A DNA stretch of 64,000 nucleotides from Blasia pusilla (Eukaryota). Made by a program: the position numbers and the translations under genes. The stretch's first letter is position 1. Every line of letters begins with the position of its first letter. Location: positions 24,986,001 to 25,050,000 of the forward strand of contig CM114271.1 in NCBI GenBank assembly GCA_050084515.1, given 5' to 3'. A model generated the notes under the pieces. The model saw only the letters and a program-made list of their open reading frames with translations. It made no database searches and was not told the origin of the DNA. Of this stretch, positions 26,186 through 39,767 are shown piece after piece.

Positions 26186-26681
26186 TATCACATCTCTTAG
26201 GATAGATTATTGAGATATAGTAGAGCGCCTTCGTGAGTAGCAGAGGACAAGATCAATAGATTGAGGATAACTTGTTGAGGCCCTGGGAAACCTGAGAGAG
26301 CACCTTTCCCCTTCGTTTCGGCTCATTTGGAGCCATGTTGAGAAACTTACTATTTTAGGTAAGTACTATTTTGAGTATGTGATCAACTTATATTTTTGGT
26401 AAGTGGCCCTTGACCTCCTACATCAAGTCAAGAGCCAAGGAGATGACTTGGGAGCATAGGTTACCATGGAGAGAGCTTGGGAGAGGGGAGGGGTATACCT
26501 CTAGGAGAGAGAGAGCTTGAGAGCTCATTCTCTCTTTGTTGAACCTCTTGGCATGAGGCAGCGGAGCTATGGTCTTACTTTCCTTGTGTGTGTAATCCAA
26601 GCCTCTCATTAGGAGAGTGGGTTTGGTTTGACATTGAGAGACAAATATGAGAGTGCACACATGTGATAACTATAGTGTTGT
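26186..26681 (+). repeat. Repeat B2 of copy 1, truncated about 22 bp short of the B end
   Basis: Direct repeat of 17538-18008 sharing subfamily-diagnostic bases (gtatgtgatcaact, gacctcctacatca). Joined to repeat A through a 2-nt AT spacer. Confidence 0.85.
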
Positions 26682-28613
26682 TAATCATAAATCCCTAAAA
26701 TGAAAATACATGTTGGTTAATTTGTATATTAGATTTTATTTTGTATTTTGTGACATGGGTACCTTACTAGTCCTACTTGATATGAGTAGAAACTTAGTAT
26801 GAAACATGGTATTTAAGATAGGTGTAAGAGAGCTTTGAATCCATTTGGGTTCACATTTTACCGGCCATAATTATTTTCTGCAGTATTAAGCCTTTTTTAC
26901 TTATCCATGTCCTCCCCTGCTTAAATTATGTCATGGATCAGCAAGAAATTGTTTTTAAGAAATTATACCACACATGAGAACCACGAGCAACCCTATTCAT
27001 ATTAGTATTAGTGGGTAGAGAATGACTTCCTCCTTCCCCTAAACCACTACTAAGACTAAAGGTTGATTCTTCAAGGTTATGGAAATCATTGGTCCTTCCA
27101 TATGGCTAGATGAATATAGGCTAAAGGCAAAGAGACTCAATGGAATAACATAAAGGGTGTTGGAGAAGTGTTCTACACTCGATTGTCAACTCCTCTTCGC
27201 TAGACCCGTGAAGAGTTGTTTTGGGTTTAGGACTCCAACTAGCCAAATGCACAATTGTGCATTTGGCAAGTTAGACCCAAGATTACTTGGATGAGTCTCA
27301 AGAATTTTCTATTTAAAATTTCCATGATATACCCTCTAGTCATTCTTAGTAACTAAATACTACTATGTTATGCTACATATGCCCTCTTTAGTTAAATATA
27401 GTTGTAATTTAGTCTTATTGGACTCCACTTGTAAGTGACTTAGTGCTTAAAGGACCACATTCCTTTAGTGTTGCATTGAACCCATCCAAGTGATGAGGTG
27501 TAGGTTTTCTATTCCAGCCTTAGGGGGGCTTCCAAAGTGCAATGGGCCTTCTTTTGTTGGGTGTCCAAATATATGCCCCTCTCTTCATTTGGGTGTTGCA
27601 TATTATGCTGCCATATGGGAAAAAAATTAGTGTGAATTCTCAAAACTAAATGACATTTTATATGAAAATGAAGAAAGTGAAACTAAGTTCATAACATACC
27701 AACTCCCACCATATGTCCCAATTAGCAACTTTGAAAATATATCCCAATTAACACTTCATCACAAGTACTTCTATGGAGACGGACATCGTTCATGAGTATG
27801 GACTCATGAGGGGTATTTTTACAAACCAACCCCACACCAATTGTGCCAAAAGCTTAGAATTTGATGCTAGTGGCAATAAGCCCTTAAGAAAGAATAGACT
27901 TTGTATATCTTGTTGCACTCAACCTTCACAAGAGGAGGTGCAGAATAATGTTCACTATGACTTTGACTTTGTTGAAGGAAGTAAATATGAGAATGTACTA
28001 AAGAGAACGTACCTCTCAATTTTGCCTTGATTCTATTACTGGGTGAAATCTATGGATTCTTTATTGCATACGACATATGAGTCTCATTTGGCTACAATCA
28101 CAAGTTGAGGTTGAGATTGAATTGCCATGGATGAGTGTGGGAGGATATTCTAGATTTGAGTGTTGGAGTTTTCTTTCTTCACGTATCATGGATTCCATCC
28201 ATTTCTTTTACAGACTGCGCATGGTATTACTTGTTGAAATGCAAGGCTAATTGACTACATATATCACAAGAGTGTCAACTTATAATAATTGCAACTAGGG
28301 AAAATAAAATTCTAGTTTTTATATTAAGTATACTTCTATCTTTTTCATCTAGATCCAATTCCTCGTGTCACATTGTTATAGTTAGAAGTGAAAGCTAATC
28401 TTGATAAGGTCTTTAGGATGGCATCTAGAAAAGAACATGGTAATTTTTCCACACTAATACTCAATTCCTAGTACCCTTCCACTCAACTTGTGATTATTAT
28501 AAGTTCTAGAATTTTTATTGGTTTGAAGAGTAAAAAAAAGTCTAGTTCATATTGTGGAAGCTAAAGTGCTTTATGTGCCTTAGGGTAAGCAAAAGGTACT
28601 ACTTCATCTACTA

Positions 28614-28833
28614 CCACTGAAAGAACTCATAGGATTTTATTTTCCCTAAAATATACTTAATATAAAAAACTAGGAGTTTATTTTCCCTAAGTAATACTTT
28701 TTCTCCCAACTAGGAGTTTATTTTCCATATAGAAATACTCCTAGTACCCAAATTTTCCACATTAAAACTCAACTCCTTTATAGAAAAAGTATTTACTCTA
28801 TGGAAAATAAACTCCTATGAGTTCTTTCAGTGG
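28614..28833. mobile_element. About 220-bp MITE-like foldback with long TIRs starting CCACTG
   Basis: ccactgaaagaactcatagga-tttattttcc is inverted at both ends and internal taggagtttattttcc units repeat. No clear TSD. Confidence 0.6.
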
Positions 28834-30349
28834 AATAATTTAGCATGTCTAGTATGTCATACTAGATTTCAAAATTTAATGTAGCTTAATTTTTTTATGA
28901 AACAAAGAAAAAAAAGCATAAGCTTAATCAATCATATTTTCTCTTTTATGGAAACCTTTCCTCTACCATCTTGGCCTACAAGTTACTCTCCTTTAAAACA
29001 CCATTTTATTTGGAGGTGTTTTATAACCTAGATACATGTGGATGTTACCTTAAAAATTTTCAGCCTATGTACGTGGATATCTGATTTTTATTTTTATTTT
29101 CCTTATAGTAATACTTTTTTTCTTCTTATTTATCTTTGAGATTTTGGAGTGAGGGACAACTCTAGTTTATTGCTTTCTTAGAATTTTTCTACGAGGAGAA
29201 TTGTTTGGAATTAAAATCACCTCTTAGGTGCTTGAGGTGGAACAAGATAGATTAGGAATATGTTGTTCAAGACTTTTGTGTTATGTTTTAGGAGGGTTTT
29301 TCTTTTCTTTTCTCTCGACTACCACCAACTTAGACTTTTCTCACAATAATGCCTTGCCTTTCTAGTACAAACCCTTGCATGATATTTATTATTTATGTCA
29401 TTTGGTGTGGTTTGTTATTTTTTCAATCCACTTTTGGCAACTTGAGATAGATCTTCCTTTTACCATATTGTTGAAGGTAATGAACATTACATGCCTTATG
29501 CTTTATTTGTGTAAAAAGAAGGGTCTTAGTTATGCGGTAACAACCATGCGTTCAATAATTGAAATTATATTGAATTGGGGATTTTTTGGGCAAGGAGGGT
29601 GAGATTTTTAATCAGCAAAACTCCCTACCGCCAGTGTAGAGAAGAGTTAAAAAAAGAGAGGCATATGCTTAGAAGGAATGAAAGAAAGCGTTTAATACTT
29701 AGTAATTCTCAAATTCAATGCAAGAGGCTTTCTTGGTGGGAGGCAGTAGATCTCTACAAGACTTAAGTATTGTAGACAAAGTGTATTTTATGAACCCAAG
29801 ATGGATATGAACCTTTGTGACAAATTTAATAAACACTATTGTGAGGATTGTCAATGAAGTTTTGAGAGAGGAGGGGAGGAAATGTTGGCAAATGGATTGC
29901 CAATATATGTTGGGCTAGGGAAATATCTTTCTTCTAGAGATTGAAGTAGAGAATTGCAAGAAATAGATTGTAGAAATTACGAGATTGGTGACGGGATATC
30001 TTGACCTAATCACTCTAAATTTATTTGTTGATAAAGTCATAGAGTGGGAATAATGGTTTTATTTTTAGGCAATGAGACCTTCATATTGGTTGTGTAATTT
30101 GTCAAAGTATAACTTGGAATTGGTGAGGAAGAATATACTTCATTTTTTGGATTTTATTGATAAGCTAGAAGGGGCAAACATGAGGAAATATTTTGTTATT
30201 GAAGGAGTAGGAGGGATGTAGTTTCCTTTTTTTGGTGCAAATTCTCGAGACCAAAACTTATGAAATTGCTCGGAGACTCATTTGCATATGTTGCCAATTT
30301 GTTTAAAGATCATGGATATGGGAATGGAGATATAGTTCCTAGTTTAGCT

Positions 30350-30895
30350 TGTCGTGTGCATACACATATCTACGCAACATACATCGTTGTCAACGAACAT
30401 ACACAAAAAAACACGATCCCATGCTAACTCATGACATCCAAACAACGGACAAGAAGTACCAAAATATCTCTAATAAAACAATGAAGTCTCTCATCAACAT
30501 CTCACACCAAGCTCTCCATGCTGCACTCTCACATGTCTCTCTCAATATCAAACCAAACCCACTCACCTAATGAGAGGCTTGGGTTACACTCACAAGGCAA
30601 GGGACCATAGCTCCTCTGCCTCGTGCCAAGAGGTTCAACAAAGAGAGAATGACCTCAAGCTCTCTCTCTCTGGGAGATATACCCCCTTCGCTCTCCCAAG
30701 CTCTCTCCTCGATAACCTATGCTCGCAAGTCACCTCCTTGGCTCTTGACGTGCTGTAGCGAATCAAGGGATACTTCCTAAATTGGAAAGTCAACTATACT
30801 CCAAATAGAAACTTACTCAAAATAGTAAGTTTCTCTATATGGCTCCAAATGAGTCGAAACATGCTCTCTCACGTTTCCCGTGGCCTTAGTAGGTC
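30350..30895 (-). repeat. B-A repeat block (B 30895-30475 fused to A 30474-30350); probable 3' terminus of Gypsy copy 2
   Basis: The minus strand reads B...cattgtttta|ttagagatattttgg...CACGACA and then unrelated flank. Same subfamily as 38128-38640. Confidence 0.8.
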
Positions 30896-30899
30896 AAGG

Positions 30900-31570
30900 A
30901 TTTGGAAGTTGCTCTATTGTCTTAGAAGATCTATGCTAAGAGTATTTATATAGCCTTGCAAGATTCATTTAGAGAGAATAATCTTATTGGTACAATGAAA
31001 ATCGTGAATCCCTTTCACATGCCGTCTAGACAAGTAGGACTCATAAGTTGGGGATGTAAGGATATAGAAGAGTTGTTTGCACATTTTGGATCTGAGTTAC
31101 CACTGAAGGGGCATTTGCAACCTTCTATCATAAATTTTGTTGATGTCAAATGGGAGTTCCAATCCTTCAAGTTGATGGCGATAATTGAGTGGAAGGATCG
31201 TAATTTCAAAGATCTGTGGGTAATGGTGAATTGGAGTCCATGTTTACAATGCAAGTTTGCAAACTTATTGGTGTTGGCTAATGTTATGATGGTTCAATGT
31301 GGAAGCATTGCAATTTGTGAGAGAGCATCCTCAATTCAGAACATGATAAAGAGTAAGTGTAGGAATAGACTAGGTAGTAAGCATTAAGATGTTCTTCTCA
31401 GAATTTCTTTAGAAGGCCCTTACTAACTATGGGGATAGGCTTGTTGAACCTCTAGTTTTGTGGAATCTTTAGTTCTCTAGAAACTTTAGATACATGTGTG
31501 CTAATCCAGAAAGATATCTTTCTCCTCAAGTCGAAGTTAAAGGAGTTACACCTTCTATTGACGTGCCTTC
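30900..31570 (+). pseudogene. hAT transposase C-terminal dimerization domain fragment (ZNF862-like)
   Basis: FANLLVLANVMMVQCGSIAICERASSIQNMIKSKCRNRLGSKH*DVLLRISLEGP matches the hAT S..CER.FS....K...RNRL motif. Confidence 0.8.
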
Positions 31571-31737
31571 CTAAAATGATTTATGCATTCTTGTTTAGAT
31601 TTAGAGCCCCTTCACAATATTTGGGATCCTTACAACTCAAAAAATTGTGAAGGGGAAAAATCCTTGGCTCCCAATTGGTTGGGAGGCATGGCCAAGTTCA
31701 ACTCTTGACAAGGATCCCCTTATTAAATGTGAAATCA

Positions 31738-34700
31738 AGCACCTAACAAAATTTAGACCTGCCAAGATCTTATCCATGACCCTCTGAAACTCAAGTGGGG
31801 CATTCTTTAGCCCAAATAGTAAGAACCGCCACTGGTACAAACAATCCTTCCCGTCAAGATCGATGCCCCAAAATGCCGTCTTCTGCCTGTCCTCCAATTT
31901 GATAGGTAGTTGATGGTATCCGGCTCAAAGATCTAGCGAACTGAAGACCTTTGCATGCCCAATAGCATCAAAGATCTCCTCACGGGTGGGCATGGCATAC
32001 ATATTGGACTTTTTCTGCCGATTGATAGGTCGGTAATCTCCACACATTTGCCTATCTCTCCAGTTGCCATGCACATCCTTCTTGGCGGGCATGATAGTGG
32101 CAGATGCATATTCTCCATACGACATCTCTACTAGTCCTTCTCCAACCAAGTCCTGGCTCCTACTATGAATCAGAGCCCTCTCCATATCACTGTACCTGTA
32201 GGGTCGTCAAAAGATCGACATGTCACTTGCCAACTCAATGCGGATCCCACGACCCTTCAGCGTACCAAAATCATGCATGCTAAATGCAAAACAACTCCTA
32301 TGACTTATGAGGAACTGGTGTATCCGGCGTCGCTCTGCTCTTGTCAACTTAGGGCCCATATATGACTCCCAATTCTCCATCTTGACTATGGTAGGACTCT
32401 CCGGTGCGGGTGTCGGTGGTTGCTATGGTGCAACCCCATCTCGGACAATAGAACTCGGCTGCTCCCTTGTAGACAACTGCAAACTCTAATCTCCACGTGC
32501 ACTGCCTAGAACCACGCTCGATGCTATGGCTACCATCTCCTGGCATACCTGCAAAACATCCCAATAAGTCCAAGGGTATCTCTCCCGATAACCCCTAGTG
32601 TGTCAATCTCCTCGGGTCTCGCCCCTAGCCACTGCCTCAACTGTCTTGGTAGGCATGGGGCTCACCAACGTAAAAGTTATGATCTGTTGTATCCTCAAAC
32701 GATGCTCCTTAGCCACTCCTCAGCTAAAAATCCATGTCAAGCAGTCTAGGTCCATCGCCTGACCCAAGACATAACGTCGTGATGCCTCTGAGAGTGATGG
32801 TACTGCCGTCACTCCTGTGGGGAATTCCATCGCTCGCTCATCGGCATTGGGCTCCACCGACTGCTCTACTTGGTCATCCCTAACTAAGCTAGGTATGGTC
32901 TCCTTGAATGCATAGGAAGCGGGAAAACTCACCAATGTGGGAAAGGCTACTCGTGGCATGCCAATCTTGTTGACCACAGTCAACAACCGTCGATCATCGT
33001 GCCTCACTGCCTGTGATCGATGACCTGGATTGAGAATACAATCCACCAACAAATCAGAGGGGCACTCCACTCTAACATACGCCCTCCGCAAAACCTCATG
33101 TGGCACGAAGTTGGTCCACCAAAGATGCGGGCGATGTGCTCATGAACCTACACTCGCCGTATCCAACAACACTATCGGGCCGATCCGTGCGCGCGCTTGA
33201 TGTGCACTTGTTACTACATGGGACCTTGAATCGCCCAAAATTGGTATATTCCCCAGAATGTATGATGGAGAATGAGACTAATGCTCCTCTAAGTGTCGCA
33301 AGATCTGCATCATCTCCCAAAACAACCTAGACCAAGAGTCAGCTAATCCGCTACCTCGTCCAACACTTGATTGGCCATGACGCGGCCAATCAGCAATGAC
33401 CAAGTCTATGGTCCCTACCCACTCCAAGTCTTGCGCCCCTAACAATGACATTTTCCTCGGTAGGAAACTCTGTTAAACCTGGATGGCGGACGTAAACAAC
33501 AAGTCGGGAAATCGGAGGTGTAATTGCGCCACATGGTGAAGTGAAGCGCGCCTTGCAACATCATCAATCTCAACATAAAGGTACTGTTGCACGTGCACTC
33601 CTGCCTGCTAAAGAGCAGCTAAGCCAGTGCTGACCCCCCCCCAAAGAGATCCATAGTAGCATCCCTGGCTACCTCGGGTTCCCCTAACTCGTCACGCTCT
33701 GGTGCAAATGCCTCATTCCACGCCGTCTGCAAATGCTCATTAGATAAACGTCGAGGCTCCTCACTCGAGCCCCACAACGGCACCTCTCCTCCACAAATGA
33801 TGTGGCTACCATAACACTCCTCTCCCTAGAAGTGTCAGGCGTGGGGATGTCCTCTGCATGGACATGCCCCTCAATCAAATCAGAAGGCCACGTGATGGCG
33901 CTGCTAAAGTCTCCATCTCTCATGGCCGTCGCTCAATCACTCCACTTGTGAATCAAACGGGTAATGAACAAAGTTTTCCATCACGAGACTACCCTTCTGG
34001 TTTGTAGGACACTCACTCCTCCCAGTAATCTAGGGAAAACCCCATCGGGTACAACATTGCTCCACCAACCAAGACATCGTAGGACTCTGCATCGGTCAGT
34101 ATCGCCTTGGCTCACATCACACTAATCTGTAGGATGTCCCGGGAAAAGCCTCACCATGACCTTCTGTCGGTTGATATACTGTGTGGTACTTACTCCACCC
34201 AAGGATGTCTCCATATGGAATGGACAACGCTCCACATCAGCTCTCGTCAAGCCCAATCCTCTGAATGCCGCTTTCCCCAACATCAGGGGTTGCGCTCCCA
34301 AATAATAGGACATGCTGCGGACTAAAAAATCTACCTCTTGGACTCACCAAGTGGAAGACCTCTCCCCAGTTATCCAGCAACACAACACTAGAAGAAGCCA
34401 TGGCACGCTCTATCGCGGGTCTAGCGGGCATCTCCGCCATCCTAGCAGTCGCCGCCTGCCATGAATCTGACGGGGACGGCCCAAGCATAAGCTTCAAGGG
34501 CAGGTCCATCACATCCTCTGCAATCACTCATGAGTATGATGCAGGAACACCAACTCTACGCTCACATAGCATAGCGGCCAGACAAAAAACCTTGGCGGGC
34601 ATACCTCCCAATGTCATAACATCCGAAGCAGAAAATAAAGGAGCACGGTACACAATACTTGCCGCCCCCAACAACATGCTCGACACATGCTCCTCTTAAG

Positions 34701-37700
34701 CAACAACAATAGTAGTCGTCGCACTTGCTTCTCTCATCGCCCTCCGTGCCTGCACACCAACAATATCACCAATTCTTCGGGAACTTTAATCAGGATGCAT
34801 CGATGGGGTCCTCTTTGCCTCAGACAATGTGAAAGATTAAGGAAGCCTAGTCCGTTTCCTGGCTTCCCCTCGCTATGGATCCAACTTTGCGTCTACTCCA
34901 ACTTTGCGTAACAACTATGATGACCTCCATTTGGACAACCCCGCACCTCCAACTAGGATCCTCCATATCTCTCGCTGCTCCATAAGACGTCGATGCCACG
35001 GATCTCGCATCGGGTAGCCTCAATGCCATAGCAAAAATCTGCTGCTATGGCTAAGCAGCAGTTGTATCTAAGCAGCCATCCTAGCCTCATGCTTGGTGTC
35101 TTCCTCAACGCGTATAGGTGGTAGGACTCTACCTCCTCCACGGGCAACTCCACCACCCCCTCGGGTGAATCAAGTTCCTTGTCCCCCAACGGGACCACTT
35201 AGTGCATGACCTCTAGGCCCATCCGGACCGACAACATGCTATGGTGCCCTCTCTGGCCCTTGGTCCGGACATAACTCAAGGTGTAAGCTGAAACACCTGG
35301 CGCATGTGTGACTGTACCTCTAACAATAGTCACACTGATAACCTCCTAGTGCAGCACCATCTCCTCCTCCATGTTGAGACGCGTGTCCATGACCCTAACG
35401 GTGCAATCGCGTTGGTGATGGGCTCTCCCACATGCCCAACAAAAAATTGCAGGATGCTGTTGTTGAGCCGCATATGAAGGCGCAGGTCTCTGTGGCACGG
35501 CCTCTCGGTATCCTCCCTGAGCTTGTGGTGCCAGAGACCTATCTCAGAATCCACGTTGCTGCACTGGTGGTCCAGGCAATCATGACTGCTCTCGCCTAGA
35601 ACCTATGGTGGCTACGCTCTCCTCCGCCATGTTGCGCTCAATGTTCTTGGCGGCCCTAAAAACATCTCTCAACGTAGGTGAGGTCTTCATAAACAGCACC
35701 CCCTCCTGCACGTGTGTCCGCAGGGTTTGGTCCAGCATTACGTATCATAACTGGATAGTCCGAGACTTTGTCACCCCTTGAGTGAGGTTAATCAACCAGC
35801 GCAAGCGAGTGTAGGCTTCACATAACCTCTCACCTGGGCACCTCTAGAAGTCATGGATACTCCGTAACTTCTCTATCCGTACCCCATGGTAGCTCGTCCC
35901 CAACTCAGTAAAGAACTTAACCACGGGGTTAAACCTGGGATGAACCCCGACTGGATGGTGCAACTGCTCCAGTGCAAGTTACCCCTCCTAAAACATCACA
36001 AGTGGAAGAGGAAGTAGCCTCTCATGATTCCTCCTCCTCATTTGGGAACATCTCTATCCATGACACATAGTGTGGGTCATAGTAGAGTGGCCATGCCTCA
36101 TCTCTTGGGCATATCTGTGAGAGAACTCATGGTAATCGTCCATGGGTGCCCCCTCTAGGTGCTAGAATATACCATTCCATGTTGTAAATGGGTTGAACTC
36201 TCTAGAATTCCTAGCCCGTTGTGAGTCACACCAACTCCTAACTCCGCAATGAAGTGTAACTCTAAAGTGCCTATAGCACCCAAAAACTTACGCGATCCTC
36301 TACCCCGATCGTCCATCTCGTACTCCCAAGCGGTGTGACCACTAACTGTGTGTGGTGATGCACTAACAAACTCCTCTACACTCTCCCCCTCGTCTGAAGA
36401 TGACACAGAGGGAGATCGAAGTGGTCTCTCACGTGAAGACCCTCGAAACCTCGCGCCACTCTGCGTAAACCCTCTAGAGCTACTCTCAGGTCCACCACAT
36501 GGCTCTCAAAGTCCCGAAAGGACGCCGCGATGACCCTCGTGCCCCTCTCGCATGATCACTCTCACCCTTGTGAGTAACCCCTCAATCACTCAAATCAACC
36601 ATGCGACACTCAGTATACACTCCCTCTCCCCAAGACGTGTGAGGTGCGACAACAAGCTATGTGGTACGCAACTCACTAGGCTATCATCTCATCGGAAACC
36701 TACCCTCAACTCTAGACATCCCACACAAGTCTATGTCCCCTAATCCACCTACATGAATGATGCTCTCAACATCCGCACAAACCCAACACACCAAAAAAAA
36801 CTTCCCAATTCCCGGAATCCCTCACACGTGCAGGGCAAATGGAATAGAATGGGTAACCTAATATCGATGTCGCTCCTCGACAACTGCAAATCTCGACCGC
36901 AACTCGGTCGTGAAGATAACTCCTCCAATCAGAAAGTTGTACTCCTCTCGTACTAACGTTGCTCAAACCTCCTCAATATGTTGTGCGGATCCACCAGTAC
37001 GGTGCCGCACAGGCGGCACGGAACGGCTACAGAATGGCACGACACTCGATAATACGATGCGGCACTCCGCGGCATACCCTCCTGAATCAGAAATACACAC
37101 GCTTTGCTCCTTAGTGAAGGAGAAGCTCCACGATCGAGATAGTGCGGTGCGGCCAAGAGCGGCATGGTGCGGCAATTAGCGGCGCGTTGCGGCTACAGGC
37201 GTCACAACACGGTACTCGATCATCGTCGAGTGGCTACCAATCACAACATAGCATAATGAAATGAAAACTCAAGCACCATCAACCCGAGGTCACTTGCCAT
37301 CATTGGTTGATGACGAAACATCGATAATGGTGATGACCACAAAAGAGTACGTGGTGGCGGCGCAAGTCAGGGAATTAACGGTCGTCGTGGAAGACCGTCC
37401 ACTCCATGATGGAGGCAATGGCAATCAATGGTGGACAACGGCTGAACGCAGCTTTGAGCGGCGCTAGGAGGTGGCGGCGGACCATTGACGATGACGCTAG
37501 ACCATTGACGGCAGATCATCGACGGTGATGGTTGACCATTGACGGCGACGGCAACTGTCGGCGCGGCGGCTGGTTTAGGGTTTGAATAATTTTACCCTAA
37601 AAAAAATTACCTAGCAATGGCAGTTTTGCAAGATCAACCATAACTTTTTGTGCTCGCAGCTCAAAATTGTGCACCATTTCTTCCACAGTGTGCACGACTT

Positions 37701-38640
37701 TGAGATCTACGACAATGTCTCATTTTTTTTCATTCAACTTTCCCATAAAAACCGACAGGAATTGTCATGCAACCCTTCAAATGTGCACTCTTAGGACAAA
37801 ATTGGCAGCGCTTCCGCGCTAATTTCTTCCACAAAAATTCAAACCTGTAAAATCACAAACCAATGAGCTACTTGGTGCTCCCGAGAGCACTTGCATGGGG
37901 AAATCCGCCCCCAAACTTCATCTCTAAAGAAATTTGGGCAGCACTTCCGCGCGCCACTTTTCCACACAAAAAATCGACAATGGAAAATAGAAAAATAAAT
38001 AGCGCTTGCTCTGATGAGCACTCCCATGAGCCGCTGAACGGGGAACACTATCCCCAACTTGCACCAACAGCAAGTAACCAGCGAGCTCCTCCATTGAAGC
38101 TATCTCACCCTCTCATTCTCTCTCTGTAAAACAATGAAATCTCTTATCAACATCTCACACCAAGCTCTCCATACTGCACTCTGATATGTCTCTCTCAATG
38201 TCAAACCAAACCCACTCTCCTAATGAGAGGCTTGGGTTACACACACAAGGTAAGAGACCATAGCTCCGCCGCCTCGTGCCAAGAGGTTCAACAAAGAGAG
38301 AATGAGCTCTCAAGCTCTCTCTCTTGGAGATATATCACGTTCCCTCCGAAGCTCTCTTCTCAGTAACCTATGCTCGCATGTCATCTCCTTGGCTATTCAC
38401 CTGCTGTAGCGGGTCAAGGGCCACTTCCCAAAGTGGAGAGTCAACTATACTCCAACTAGAAACTTATCCGAAATAGTAAGTTTTTTGATATGGCTCCAAA
38501 TGAGCCAAAAAAAAGGGGAAACCTACTCTCTCAAGTTACCCGTGGCCTTAGCAAGTCCTCCTTGACCTCCTAAGACTGTCTTCTAGTATCTCCAAAGGCG
38601 CTCTACTAGATCTCGCCTTTCTATCCTAAAAGTCGTGACA
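31738..38640 (-). mobile_element. Ty3/Gypsy copy 2 (decayed): B1 38640-38128, leader, gag about 36500-35250, protease about 34450-33980, DNMT about 33650-32720, RT truncated at about 31738
   Basis: Colinear with copy 1 on the opposite strand; starts TGTCACG at 38640. DLFGGVSTGL, YLYVEIDD, IDLVIADWP, SYILGNI, HRPHLWWTN, VLGQAMD; RT motifs MCGDYRPIN and FGLKNAP. Confidence 0.93.
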
Positions 38641-38827
38641 AGGCTTAAATGAGTTGAAGAGGCAAATGCTTGCCTAATGAAAGGAGCACTTGGATATTCT
38701 TAGTCAAATTTCACTTAATGTTATCTAGACCAATCCTACTATTTCTTTTCCTTTCTGGAATAATGAAAGTCTCCAAAGAATATAAGAAAGGAGGAGAAGT
38801 AGAATGATGGATGAGGTTTGAGCGAAT

Positions 38828-39211
38828 TGTCACCTCTACTAGGATAAATCGATGAGATCTAGTAGAGCGCCTTTGTAGATACTAGAGGAAAATCTCAAGA
38901 GGTTGAGGATGACATGCTGAGGCCACAGGTAATTTGAGAGAGTAGGTTTCCCCTTCGTTTTGGCTTATTTGCAACCATATATAAAAACTTACTATTTTGG
39001 GTAAGTTTTCATATTGAGTATAGTTGAATTTACACTGTGGAAAGTGGCCCTTGACCCGCTTCAAGATGTCAAGAGCCAAGGAGATGACGTGCAAGCATAG
39101 GTTACTATGGAGAGAGCTTGGGGGAGGGAAGGGGATATACCTCCAAGAGAGAGAGCATGAGAGCTCATTCTCTCTTTGTTGAATCTCTTGGCATGAGGCG
39201 GCGGAGCTATG
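38828..39211 (+). repeat. Truncated repeat B of the same Gypsy family
   Basis: Starts TGTCAC (preceded by AAT); homologous to the first part of B. Confidence 0.85.
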
Positions 39212-39623
39212 TAAGCTTTTCCTTACGAGAAGGGTTGACATTAATTTTCTCCACCTTAATTTCTTGAGACTCTTGCCTACTTTCATCACTATGGTATTGT
39301 AGAATCCGTCCTCTACTTTATCTAGCTTCACCCTGAAGCACTCTCAACCTTGAGCTTTGCAAGCATAAGACTTAGATTGAGTCCCAAAGACTCCACCGGT
39401 TGCGTGTTCCGTAGGTAATTGAGAAGTCGCCAAACACTAATGGGATCGAGTCTCCCCAAGTGCGTATCATTTCCCTAAGAAGCCTCTTCCCCAAACCTTG
39501 ACCAATCTCCCCAAGTTGCTTGCCTAAAACAGAGTGTGTGGATTAATTCCTCAAGTTGTGTCCCTTAGCTCAAACATGGAACACGGTCAAATATGCATCA
39601 GAGTTCGTTCTTGGTTTAAGGGC

Positions 39624-39767
<144 letters not shown>

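Larger units (their letters stand above)
17538..26681 (+). mobile_element. Ty3/Gypsy retrotransposon copy 1 (decayed): repeat B1 - leader - gag - protease - DNMT3-like methyltransferase - RT - RNase H - integrase - PHD - repeat A - repeat B2
   Basis: Domain order PR-RT-RH-IN is diagnostic of Ty3/Gypsy. Starts TGTCAC; direct repeat 17538-18030 vs 26186-26681; many stops and frameshifts; 5' part of gag deleted near 19450 relative to copy 2. Confidence 0.95.

Noticed and set aside
17538-26681. Reading copy 1 as an ordinary element with two B LTRs
   Set aside because: Not fully excluded, since B1 can be read TGT...ACA to 18033. However, there is no PPT before B2 and no TSD, and it does not explain the exact B|A join and CACGACA terminus at 30350-30475.
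26700-30340. Possible decayed transposase or cargo ORFs
   Set aside because: No motif could be recognised in any frame examined.
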